From positions 24,003-88,002 of the forward strand of contig CAYXOD010000014.1 in the NCBI GenBank assembly GCA_964466785.1: a stretch of DNA of 64,000 nt, given 5' to 3'. Both the position numbers and the translations under genes were made by a program. Source of the DNA: an uncultured bacterium. Its GTDB lineage: Bacteria; Armatimonadota; Fervidibacteria; Fervidibacterales; Fervidibacteraceae. The notes under the pieces were generated by a model. The model was not told the origin of the DNA and did not search any database. It saw only the letters and a list, made by a program, of their open reading frames with translations. Shown piece after piece: positions 1-8,822 of this stretch (the stretch's first letter is position 1; the number at the start of each line of letters is the position of its first letter).

Positions 1-1544
1 ATCCCGTTCGCGGACAAGTTCTGGAAGTATACTCAATCTATGCTTTTGGGACGGGGCAACCTGCACCAGTTCCTTTCTTCCCGTTCGTTGACAAGTATGG
101 ACAATACATCCACTCCGATTGGCCAGGTAAGATTTACAGTGACCGTGACTTCATCTCGCAAATTAAAGAAGAGCGCAAGGACCTCAACAATTGGCCTGGA
201 CCTAAAGACTGGTGTGAGTTTGGCGGTTGGGCTAAAGGACCGAGATTTGAAGCGACTGGCTATTTCTATGTCCGAAAAGTCAACGGTAATTGGTGGTTTA
301 TTGACCCGCATGGGCATCTTTTCTGGTCCTATGGTCCGACAGGTGTTGGATTTGGGGGAGACTTGACAAGAATTTCTGGGCGTGAGCATTGGTTCAAAGA
401 TTTGCCAGACCCTAATTCCCAGGAGTGGGGCAAGTTTTACTATCGCCGACCAGAAGGCCTTTTCTTTGACTTCGCAGCAGCGAACCTTTATCGCAAGTAT
501 GGCAAGAACTATGTGCCGATTGTTTCCGAACTATTACACCGAAGACTTCGCTGTTGGGGTTACAACACTATTGGCAACTGGTCTGACCCAAGGGTTTACC
601 TGCTCCGCAAAACGCCCTACACAGTTGCAGTTCACTATGGTGGTCCTTGGATTCCAAACTACAAAATGCCCGATGTCTTCCATCCAGATTTTGAACGGGT
701 TCTTAGAGAGCGGATGGAGGAGGAACGAAAAACAACAGCCAATGACCCTTGGAACATTGGCTACTTTGTTGATAACGAGCTTTGGTGGGGGTGGAGAGCA
801 AGGGTTGCTGCGGTTGGTGAGGCAGTGATGAGAGCAGTTCCTCAAGTGGCAAGCAAACGAAGGTTTGTTGAAATGCTCATGGCGAAATACGAAAAAGTTG
901 AGAATTTCAACGAGGCGTGGGGAGTTAAGTTGGCATCGTGGGATGAAGTTCTTCAAAAACCTTTCCAGCCCAACATGAACAATCAACAAGTGATGCGAGA
1001 CTGCGGAGATTTTGGGATGGTTTTTGCTGAACGCTACTTCTCAACTGTTCGCAGGGTTGTCAAGAGCATCGCTCCAAAGAACTTGTATCTCGGCTGTCGC
1101 TTCCACGGTCACATTGATGATGCGTTAGTTCAACTTGCTTGGGAATACTGCGATGTGATTTCCTACAACGTTTATGACAACCCACCAGACCAACGGGTGA
1201 ATCAGTACAAGCACCTTGACATTCCCATTTTAAGCAGTGAGTGGGGCATTAACTCGGACCCTCAACAAACTCCCTTGAGAAGCAGTCGGGGTTTGTCGCC
1301 TGATCCCCGACGACGAGCACGAGATGTAGAGCGATACTTTGAGGTTGCGATTCGCCACCCGATGATAGTCGGTGCTCACTTTTTCCAATTCCGTGACCAA
1401 CCGTTAACGGGACGACCAGACGGGGAAGCAGTCTTGAGGGGATTTGTCAATGTAACTGACACACCTCACTTTGACCTCGTGCAAACTAACCGGCGAATCG
1501 CTTATGAACTTTACAGTAAGCGAGCAGGAGAGAGACTCAAGTGA
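1..1544 (+). CDS. Glycoside hydrolase, clan GH-A TIM-barrel type (GH50-like), 5' end cut by the window edge
   Basis: Frame 3 is open from base 3 and continuous with track ORF 363..1544, whose 'M' is a TTG. Motifs YFYVRKVNGNWWFIDPHGHLF, GYNTIGNWSD, FVDNELWWG (candidate acid/base), ISYNVY and SSEWG (candidate nucleophile) fit a (beta/alpha)8 retaining hydrolase. The family guess is from memory only. Confidence 0.65.
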   Translation, partial: PVRGQVLEVYSIYAFGTGQPAPVPFFPFVDKYGQYIHSDWPGKIYSDRDFISQIKEERKDLNNWPGPKDWCEFGGWAKGPRFEATGYFYVRKVNGNWWFIDPHGHLFWSYGPTGVGFGGDLTRISGREHWFKDLPDPNSQEWGKFYYRRPEGLFFDFAAANLYRKYGKNYVPIVSELLHRRLRCWGYNTIGNWSDPRVYLLRKTPYTVAVHYGGPWIPNYKMPDVFHPDFERVLRERMEEERKTTANDPWNIGYFVDNELWWGWRARVAAVGEAVMRAVPQVASKRRFVEMLMAKYEKVENFNEAWGVKLASWDEVLQKPFQPNMNNQQVMRDCGDFGMVFAERYFSTVRRVVKSIAPKNLYLGCRFHGHIDDALVQLAWEYCDVISYNVYDNPPDQRVNQYKHLDIPILSSEWGINSDPQQTPLRSSRGLSPDPRRRARDVERYFEVAIRHPMIVGAHFFQFRDQPLTGRPDGEAVLRGFVNVTDTPHFDLVQTNRRIAYELYSKRAGERLK

Positions 1545-1551
1545 GACCGCA

Positions 1552-2301
1552 CTACCTCAAAGAACTTCTCTTGCGTTGCCTTTGGGTTTTTGAATACCAC
1601 TCACACAAAACCTCCGCTATCGCGATAGCAGCCTTCTCACGAAACTGTGGATCACTTAAACGCATCGCTTCTCTGCGGTTGGACAGAAACCCTAACTCAA
1701 TGAGAACGGCAGGGACAGGCGACCAAACTAAAACCGAAAACGGAGCAGTATCAGTGCCCCTGTCTCGCAAGGCAAGTTTCTTACTGAGACGCTCTTGAAG
1801 CAACTCTGCTAAGGATTTGTCTTCCGGTCTCCAATAGAACACAGTCAAGCCATGAGCGTGCCTTGATGTGTGGCTGTTTAGGTGCAGCGAGACGAAGACA
1901 TCGGCTTTAAGGGCACCCGCGAAAGTTGAGCGTCGGGCAAGGCTAAAAGGTGTCCAATCGCCATCTCGTGTCGTCACTGCTACCCAGTCGCGAGATTCCA
2001 AGTGTTTCTGGGTTCTCAAAGCGATGTCCAACACTATGTCGGCTTCCCTCAAACCGTAATGAGTTGTGCCAACATCAATGATACCCAACGATGTGAAAGC
2101 GCCGTGACCAGCGTCTATGACAGCAACGGGTCTATCCTTAACAAAGTTCGGGGCAGTTCGGTGAGAGAAAATGACAACGGTGAGGGGAATAATTGCAACG
2201 AGCAAAGCGACGAAAAAGATACTCCTTTTGCGGAAACGGGACCTTCGCACCAATCTTTTACCAACCCTGCTTCTTGCCATTGGATGCCTTGCCGGTTGCA
2301 T
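1552..2301 (-). CDS. N-acetylmuramoyl-L-alanine amidase (Amidase_3 type), N-terminally membrane-anchored
   Basis: Motifs VAVIDAGHG, DVFVSLHLNS and VLIELGFLSN. An Arg-rich N-terminus is followed by a TM segment SIFFVALLVAIIPLTVVIF. Start is ATG 2301 (GGGTGA upstream) or ATG 2280; the track start at 2445 is unlikely. Confidence 0.85.
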   Translation of the reverse strand: MQPARHPMARSRVGKRLVRRSRFRKRSIFFVALLVAIIPLTVVIFSHRTAPNFVKDRPVAVIDAGHGAFTSLGIIDVGTTHYGLREADIVLDIALRTQKHLESRDWVAVTTRDGDWTPFSLARRSTFAGALKADVFVSLHLNSHTSRHAHGLTVFYWRPEDKSLAELLQERLSKKLALRDRGTDTAPFSVLVWSPVPAVLIELGFLSNRREAMRLSDPQFREKAAIAIAEVLCEWYSKTQRQRKRSSLR

Positions 2302-2806
2302 GTTTTTTTCACCCATAAGACAAACTGTTAACGAAGCGAGCTCTTGGCAAGAAGTCGCAGAAAAACTCAAAAGAACCAAAAACGCAAATTTGAATGACGA
2401 CCTGAACAAAATTTTGCGACCGATAAGGCGCAGCGAAAGTGTCAAGGTTTTTCGCCGACTAACGCAAGCGCTTAGCGGTCACCCGAATGGCGGAAGTTGG
2501 CTCACAGGACGAGCCTACCTTCTTGCTGGCATCGCATACATTTCTGCTGCCCAAATTGCCTTGACAAACCGCAAAACTCAACATGCCCACCAGTTTTGCT
2601 TCCTCGCTGCGGAAAACTTTGTCAAGGCATCGCAACACCTGCCTCCTTGGGAACGAAAGAACGTCCTCCGTTGGGCATCGCAACTGAAGCAAATCGCTGG
2701 TAAACTGGATGCTGAACCATTCTACGCATTAACTCATTTGAAAGCGTTGGCTATCAAAGCGAAATCTCACGCAAAATTTGTGCCGCCAGTTGGACAAGGG
2801 AGGTAA
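2300..2806 (+). CDS. Hypothetical protein (lipoprotein if the upstream ATG 2171 is used)
   Basis: Open frame ending 5 nt before deoB, with no recognisable domain. From ATG 2171 the N-terminus reads KKILLLRKRDLRTNLLPTLLLAIGCLAGC, which is a lipobox LAGC. That segment is antisense to the amidase 5' end, so the start is unresolved. Confidence 0.45.
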   Translation: MFFSPIRQTVNEASSWQEVAEKLKRTKNANLNDDLNKILRPIRRSESVKVFRRLTQALSGHPNGGSWLTGRAYLLAGIAYISAAQIALTNRKTQHAHQFCFLAAENFVKASQHLPPWERKNVLRWASQLKQIAGKLDAEPFYALTHLKALAIKAKSHAKFVPPVGQGR

Positions 2807-2811
2807 AAGCA

Positions 2812-3990
2812 ATGGGCAAACGAAGAGCCATACTGTTGATTTTGGATGGTGTGGGCGTCGGTGAGTTGCCTGACGCTGCTGAACACGGTGACGAAGGAAG
2901 CAACACACTTGTCAATATGGCTAAAGCCGTTGGCGGTTTGAATTTGCCCACATTGCAGCGAATGGGTCTGGGAAACATAGCACCAATTGAAGGCGTGTCA
3001 CCAAGCTATGAGCCGATTGCTTGCTATGGCAAAATGCGAGAAATTTCTGCAGGCAAAGACACGACGACGGGGCATTGGGAACTTGCGGGTATCATCCGCA
3101 CGAAACCTTTCCCAACCTATCCAAACGGCTTTCCACCTGAAATCATTGGAGCCTTTGAGCAAGCCATTGGTCGCAAAGTTTTGGGAAACAAACCGGCATC
3201 GGGAACGGCAATCATTGAAGAGTTGGGCGAGGAACACTTGCGAACAGGCTATCCCATCGTTTACACGAGCGCTGATAGCGTTTTCCAGATAGCTGCTCAT
3301 GAAGAAATCGTGCCCGTTGAGACCCTTTACCGTTGGTGCGAAATCGCGAGGGAAATTTTAAGGGGTGAGCACGAAGTTGCCCGCGTCATCGCTCGCCCGT
3401 TTATCGGCACCTCAGGCAGGTTCAAACGCACCCCGCGCCGAAAAGATTTCTCCGTCCCGCCACCCTATCCTACCCTGCTGGATGCATTGACAGAATCTGG
3501 CTTGACAGTTGTTACTGTCGGCAAAGTTGATGACATTTTCGCTGGGCGCGGCGTCACTTACGCCGTTCACACCTCGGACAACAACGATGGAATGGAGCAA
3601 GTTGAGAGATTGACGGTTCAAAACAAGTTTGACTTCCTTTGGTGCACTTTCGTTGACTTTGACACCCTTTACGGTCACAGAAACGACCCTCAAGGTTTCG
3701 CCCGGGCTCTTGAGGATTTTGATGGATGGCTTGACAAGTTTTTGCTTAAGTTGCGAGACAGCGATTTGTTGATCATCACCGCCGATCATGGCAATGACCC
3801 AACCACTCCAAGCACCGACCACAGCCGCGAGTATGTTCCTTTGCTGATTTGGACACCGTCTTTTCGGAAGGGTAAACCTTTAGGCACGCGAAAAACTTTC
3901 GCCGATGTGGCTGCAACTGTTGCCGATTGGCTTGGCGCAAATTGGCAAGGGGCAGGTGAAAGTTGTTTGCCGATGATGGGCGAAGGGTGA
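2812..3990 (+). CDS. deoB: Phosphopentomutase
   Basis: Full-length 392 aa with [26 protein letters not shown] and [10 protein letters not shown] metal/phosphoserine-site motifs typical of DeoB. Confidence 0.95.
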   Translation: MGKRRAILLILDGVGVGELPDAAEHGDEGSNTLVNMAKAVGGLNLPTLQRMGLGNIAPIEGVSPSYEPIACYGKMREISAGKDTTTGHWELAGIIRTKPFPTYPNGFPPEIIGAFEQAIGRKVLGNKPASGTAIIEELGEEHLRTGYPIVYTSADSVFQIAAHEEIVPVETLYRWCEIAREILRGEHEVARVIARPFIGTSGRFKRTPRRKDFSVPPPYPTLLDALTESGLTVVTVGKVDDIFAGRGVTYAVHTSDNNDGMEQVERLTVQNKFDFLWCTFVDFDTLYGHRNDPQGFARALEDFDGWLDKFLLKLRDSDLLIITADHGNDPTTPSTDHSREYVPLLIWTPSFRKGKPLGTRKTFADVAATVADWLGANWQGAGESCLPMMGEG

Positions 3991-4585
3991 AGCGATCGGA
4001 ATCGTGCGGCGAGTATAACTTGAAAAACGGTTCAAATTTGACAGTCACCCGCTCAACTCTACCACGACGCCACACGGAGAGGTTGACAATTTCACCGTCT
4101 TTTGCTTTCTCGCTTACTGAATCAATGAGATGCCAAAACTCACGGTCACTTCCGAACAATTGACCTTTGACAGCGAACCCAACGGCATCCTTCAACAAAA
4201 CTGCATCCTAATACCCACCAAATCCATCGCGGCACTGATGGTTTTTGTCCCACCCTTTCTCACCTCGCTGAAAAACTTTGTCCAATTTAAAATACGCCAC
4301 AGTGGGAAAGCACTAAGAGCCGACTATTAGGCGTCGCGCTTTGGGTTTTTACTTGCCAATTAGCTGAACTTGACGAAAAATGCACTGTGTGTTCGTTCTC
4401 TGTCCGTCTATCGGGTCAAGTTTAATCTGGAGTTTTCTGTCTTTCAGCGAAGCCGAGGAGACGAACCTTGTTAACCTGTTTCCGATTGGCCGTGAAATTG
4501 CATCGGTCGTTAATTTCCTGGCCCACTGTTCTGCTTTCTGGAAATGTGGCTTTTCAATCGTTACAATTTGAGCAGAAGGTTTCAA
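3991..4585 (-). pseudogene. Degraded gene remnant with a PDZ-like C-terminal segment
   Basis: Three consecutive minus-strand pieces lie in three frames (4349..4585, about 4211..4320, and 4198 downward). The last reads GFAVKGQLFGSDREFWHLIDSVSEKAKDGEIVNLSVWRRGRVERVTVKF, a PDZ-like pattern. It has no own stop before running antisense into deoB. No ATG starts. Confidence 0.3.
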
Positions 4586-4621
4586 AATTGCATAACAAGG
4601 GTTTGGCTATGACAGTTTGAT

Positions 4622-6088
4622 TTGTGGGGGCGTAGGTTCTGTCCTGAGTCGACGAAAATGGGGTTGATGGTCAATATGGGGGTGAGGATGATGGACTGGG
4701 GCGTCAAAGATCACCTTTTTGCGGCGCTTCTTGGCTTGAATATCATTTTAGGGATCGTTTTCGGTTGGCTGTTGGTTAGAGTTAAACAGCAGCCAGAAAA
4801 AGCAAACCTTCTTGTTCGCTTCTTGACGGCAAATGGGCTTTCAATCCTTTTCGCTTTAGCAACACTTTTGTCAATCCCGCCGTTTCAAATCAACCACTCC
4901 CTCGGGATAGGGCTGCTGGGCAGTTTCATCGGTTCATCATTGGCATTTTGGGTTGGTGTAATGGGAACAAAAGTTTGGCTTGGTTACTTGGGCGCTCTGT
5001 TGCCATTTGCCATCCCCCTCACCCTCCACCAAGGAAACCCTTTCCCATCTCTTTGGGGCATGATGATAGGAACAATGCTCGTTTGGTTTTGCGTCGGCAA
5101 CGCATGGAACTTGTATGGCTTGACAGTTATTTCGCTTATTGCTGCTATCGGTTTGGCGCGATTTCACGAACCGCCAACCGAGATAAGCAAACACTTGTGG
5201 CAAGCATTACCTTTGACATTGACCACAGCAGGTTGGATTGGGGTCAGTGTTTTGGGAGCATGGCGAAGATACTGGCAAAATAATGTCTCCGAGTTGACTT
5301 TTGTTTTCATCTCGTCAATTGCGCTCATAGTTGGAGCATTTCTCATGGGTTATTGGGGTGGCGATAGGAGATTTTTAGCCATGACAGTACTAACCTGCTT
5401 TGTTGCCTTCGTTGTTGTGAGATTTCAATTATCCCGCTTTCATGACTTGACAATTTTGTTTTGGATTGGGCTACTTGTGATTTCGTTCGCTGTCATCCCT
5501 GTGAAGGGCGATTTGAACCTGCTCGGTGGCTACGGAGCAGCACTTGCTTCAATAACGCTTACTTGGTTGGCTACAGGGCAAATAGAAGGGCAAATGACTT
5601 TGAGGCAAGGGGCAATTATCTTGGTGACTTTCGCTTTGTTTCGTCTCTTTGTCGAAGTTTATCCGCTTCGGACTCCTCGCGCTGACCTTTACACTCACTA
5701 CACCTTTGTCGGGTTCTTACTTGGTTCATTTTTCCCCGTTATGTTGATGAGTTGGATGAAGCGAAACGAGCATCTCATTCGCGATCTTACAACAGGCTTT
5801 TGGGCTGCGGTCATGCCTTTAATTCTCGGTGCGGTTTGGGGTGTTAAGGCAGTTGTAGGCTACCTCGCTGGCGGAATCCCTGCGGTTTTGCTCATCCCGA
5901 ACTTCAACTCGCAGACTTTGCTTGCTGGTTTCGCAACAGCGCTCCCTTTAACTGCTCTCGTTGAACCTGCATCGGATTTGCCAAGGGAAATCCGCACATG
6001 GATCTTGGCTGGAGCGGCGACGACTTTCGCCCTCGCTTTGCTGGTTGATACATTCGTTCAGTGGCTGAAGGAAAGAAGAGACTTGTGA
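4622..6088 (+). CDS. Polytopic integral membrane protein, unknown function
   Basis: 488-aa ORF made almost entirely of hydrophobic helices, at least 10 by eye. The track start is TTG 4622; the first ATG is at 4658. No family recognised. Confidence 0.6.
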   Translation: MWGRRFCPESTKMGLMVNMGVRMMDWGVKDHLFAALLGLNIILGIVFGWLLVRVKQQPEKANLLVRFLTANGLSILFALATLLSIPPFQINHSLGIGLLGSFIGSSLAFWVGVMGTKVWLGYLGALLPFAIPLTLHQGNPFPSLWGMMIGTMLVWFCVGNAWNLYGLTVISLIAAIGLARFHEPPTEISKHLWQALPLTLTTAGWIGVSVLGAWRRYWQNNVSELTFVFISSIALIVGAFLMGYWGGDRRFLAMTVLTCFVAFVVVRFQLSRFHDLTILFWIGLLVISFAVIPVKGDLNLLGGYGAALASITLTWLATGQIEGQMTLRQGAIILVTFALFRLFVEVYPLRTPRADLYTHYTFVGFLLGSFFPVMLMSWMKRNEHLIRDLTTGFWAAVMPLILGAVWGVKAVVGYLAGGIPAVLLIPNFNSQTLLAGFATALPLTALVEPASDLPREIRTWILAGAATTFALALLVDTFVQWLKERRDL

Positions 6089-6135
6089 AGAAGAGAAAAG
6101 AACTCACCAAGTCATTTCGTTTTGGCTTTAACTAC

Positions 6136-6162
6136 TGGGAGGGTGAGGCTCCTGCCGAACCC
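6136..6162 (-). repeat. Repeat family D copy (GGCAGnAGCCTCACCCTCCCA core)
   Basis: tgggagggtgaggctcctgccgaaccc is the reverse complement of the core seen at 17602..17631 and 40003..40029. Confidence 0.7.
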
Positions 6163-6192
6163 AATCATGGGCTATCACGCTACACTCCGAGC

Positions 6193-6963
6193 CTAAACGG
6201 GGATTTTCCGAACTTGCAAATCTGCGGAAACACCTGCATCAAGAAGGATTGCCACACCTGTCAATCCACGAGCCTCATCGCTGAGGAGCCATGCTACTAA
6301 GTTCGCTACATCCTCAGGTTCAAGCAACAAACCTATTGGTGATGCTTTTTTCCATCGGTTAACAGCAACAAGGTTTTCTTCTTCGGTTGGCTTATCCCTA
6401 AGCATCGGTGTGTCAACAGCGGCTGGGCAGATTGCGACCACTCGTATGTTCCAAGCACCTAAGTCAAGGGCAGCAGCGCGTGTCAGCCCGACCAAACCAG
6501 CCTTTGATGCGGCGTAGACAGCAAGGCTGGGTAAAGTTGAGAAGGCGTGAAGGGATGAAATGTTGACAATTACTCCACCACCTCGCTCGCGCATGATAGG
6601 GGCAGCATGCTTAATGCACAAAAATGCTCCCTTCAAGTTCACTCCAACCACGAAATCAAAATCTTCCGAGGAAGTGTCAACGATGTGAGAGCGCCAGACA
6701 ACTCCAGCATTGTTGACGAGAATGTCAACCCCACCGAATTCAGAAACAGAACGCTCAAACATGCCTTTAACCTGATTCTCGTCACGGACATCAACGCTCA
6801 AAGCCAATGCCTTGCCACCATGCTCTTCAACTAATTTGGCTGTTTCTTTGACTTGTTCCGACAAGATGTCGCCGAGCACAACAGCACATCCTTCCCTTGC
6901 AAGCCTGAAAGCAGTTGTCCTTCCAATGCCACGAGCAGCACCTGTGATAACAGCAACTTTCAT
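6193..6963 (-). CDS. Short-chain dehydrogenase/reductase (SDR) family oxidoreductase
   Basis: TGAARGIGR cofactor motif, NNAG, and the S...YAASK catalytic pattern. 256 aa. AGGAGGG RBS upstream. Confidence 0.88.
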   Translation of the reverse strand: MKVAVITGAARGIGRTTAFRLAREGCAVVLGDILSEQVKETAKLVEEHGGKALALSVDVRDENQVKGMFERSVSEFGGVDILVNNAGVVWRSHIVDTSSEDFDFVVGVNLKGAFLCIKHAAPIMRERGGGVIVNISSLHAFSTLPSLAVYAASKAGLVGLTRAAALDLGAWNIRVVAICPAAVDTPMLRDKPTEEENLVAVNRWKKASPIGLLLEPEDVANLVAWLLSDEARGLTGVAILLDAGVSADLQVRKIPV

Positions 6964-7024
6964 GTTCTACCCTCCTTAAGGCTTTCAGCCTTCGTCGCAG
7001 GATAAAATGCCGTTGTCGTTGGAT

Positions 7025-7102
7025 TGTAGGAGGGGCTTTAGCCCCTAAAATCACTGAAGCCCCAAAAACTGACTAAAGTTCGCAGCTAAAGCCGCTCCTA
7101 CC
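7025..7102. repeat. 78-bp terminal-inverted-repeat element (family A), copy 1
   Basis: The left end is TGTAGGAG and the right end is CTCCTAC. Subterminal hairpins are GGGGC-TTTA-GCCCC and GCAGC-TAAA-GCCGC. The architecture and length match 30773..30849 and 39812..39889. Confidence 0.75.
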
Positions 7103-7125
7103 GTATCCTTTGCTTTCGCAAATCT

Positions 7126-7914
7126 TCATCGAGGCAAAATTGCCGAAAGCAGATAATCGGTGGCGTAAATGAGCACGAAAGATATGACGACGGCTTCAGT
7201 GGTTGCTCTGCCAACCCCTAAGGCTCCACCTTCAACTTTCAACCCACGATGACAACTCACAAGTGCAACCAGCATGCCAAAAGGGATGGTCTTGACCATT
7301 CCCCAGAACAAGTCGCCGAAATCCACGAAGTGTCGGATTGAGGAGAGGTAGATGCTTGCCTTCACCCCTGCCTTAACGGAGACGATGTATCCGCCAGCGA
7401 CGCCTGATACATCTCCCAGCAAACAGAGTGAGGGCGTGATGACCATGCACGCAAGCAACCTTGGTAAAACAAGAAAGGCAGCAGGACTTACACCCATCAC
7501 CCGTAAAGCATCAACCTGTTCGGTGACTTTCATCGTTCCAATTTCAGCAGCGTATGCTGAACCGACGCGAGCGGCGATGACCAAACCCGTTGCGACTGGA
7601 CAAACTTCTCGAAAAACGGTATATGCGACGAGCCAGCCGACGAACCTTTCTCCTCCGCGAGAAGCCAACTCGTGAGCGGTGTAGAGGGCTAAGACCGCAC
7701 CTGCAGCGAAAACAGTAAGCAAAACTATTGGGAGCGACCTCGTTCCATTAGTTGAGATTTGGTCAAGGGTCAAAGCCAAAAGCCAGCGCCTTTCCCGCAT
7801 TTGTTGGAAACATTCAACCAGCAGCATCCCAATTTCTCCCAGCCACGAAACGAAACTTTGCATTAACTTGAAAATTGGAGTCACCGATTGCAAAGTCATC
7901 GCAACTCGCCTCAA
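7126..7914 (-). CDS. mlaE: MlaE/YrbE-type ABC transporter permease
   Basis: REVCPVATGLVIAARVGSAYAAEIGTMKVTEQVDALRVMGVSP is the signature MlaE segment. The track start is TTG 7914; ATG 7899 is more likely. No mlaF or mlaD is adjacent. Confidence 0.85.
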   Translation of the reverse strand: MRRVAMTLQSVTPIFKLMQSFVSWLGEIGMLLVECFQQMRERRWLLALTLDQISTNGTRSLPIVLLTVFAAGAVLALYTAHELASRGGERFVGWLVAYTVFREVCPVATGLVIAARVGSAYAAEIGTMKVTEQVDALRVMGVSPAAFLVLPRLLACMVITPSLCLLGDVSGVAGGYIVSVKAGVKASIYLSSIRHFVDFGDLFWGMVKTIPFGMLVALVSCHRGLKVEGGALGVGRATTEAVVISFVLIYATDYLLSAILPR

Positions 7915-8750
7915 ACTTGAGCAAGGATTTTGTCAAGTCCAGCCTTCGCTTTCGCTGCAAGTTCTTCTTTTGAGAACTGCTGCGGCAAAGTTTTGCTCAA
8001 AACTTCAACGGAGATTGCTCCGTCGTAACCTGCGGATTTGAGAGCCTGCAAAAAACCAACCAAATCAATGATGCCGTCACCAGGCATGATGCGTTCGTTG
8101 TCAATTTGCTCCTCAACAGGTCTATCGGGAGCGTCATTGATGTGGACATGGACAATTCGTTCTTTCGGAACAGCCTTCAGTTCGTCAACGGTGTGTTGTG
8201 CACAGAACCAATGGAAACTGTCAACAAGCAAACCGGCATTGGGAGCACCAATTTCGTCGCACAATTGCAAAGCCTGATCCATCCGCCACATGACGGGATT
8301 TCCTCTCTGGCGAAAATGTGCTGGACCAACCCATTCAATTCCAAGCCTGACACCGTAATCTGCGAGGACAGAACAAACTTCACGGAAACGATGAACCATC
8401 ATTGCCCAAAATTCTTTCGGGTCACCCTCAATTGATGGAGGGACGAAAGTGACGCAGGAAGTGCAACCGACAATTTGGGCTACTTTCGCCTTTGCTGGCA
8501 AGTTTTGCAAACTTTCACGATACTTGCTTTCCTCATCGCGCCAAGCGACTGGCAGCCAAAAAGCAGCGTGTTTAATTCCTTGCTCGGCAATCCATTGTTT
8601 TGCAGCGTCTTCACCTTCAGTTGCGATTTTTTGTTCCAGCCAATCAATTCCAAACTCAACGGCAGCGAAGCCATGTCGCTTCGTAAGAGCAACGAACTCC
8701 TCGTAAGCCAACCCTCCCCCTACCGTTCCGGGGTTCAAGCAAGTGATCAC
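7911..8750 (-). CDS. Sugar phosphate isomerase/epimerase (xylose-isomerase-like TIM barrel)
   Basis: 279 aa. The pattern of conserved H/D/E residues (IVHVHINDA, EVLS) and the length fit the AP_endonuc_2 / TIM-barrel family. Confidence 0.75.
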   Translation of the reverse strand: MITCLNPGTVGGGLAYEEFVALTKRHGFAAVEFGIDWLEQKIATEGEDAAKQWIAEQGIKHAAFWLPVAWRDEESKYRESLQNLPAKAKVAQIVGCTSCVTFVPPSIEGDPKEFWAMMVHRFREVCSVLADYGVRLGIEWVGPAHFRQRGNPVMWRMDQALQLCDEIGAPNAGLLVDSFHWFCAQHTVDELKAVPKERIVHVHINDAPDRPVEEQIDNERIMPGDGIIDLVGFLQALKSAGYDGAISVEVLSKTLPQQFSKEELAAKAKAGLDKILAQV

Positions 8751-8822
8751 GACTGACCACCTCCGAGTTTTTGAGTTAACGACTGCCGAGGAAGGATTAT
8801 GGCGCAGGAAGCGATGTCGCCG

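Noticed and set aside
2171-2299. Confident call of a lipoprotein from the LAGC lipobox.
   Set aside because: The signal-peptide-like segment is antisense to the amidase N-terminal coding region, which is itself required for amidase export. It cannot be decided from sequence alone, so it is reported as an ambiguity rather than a feature.
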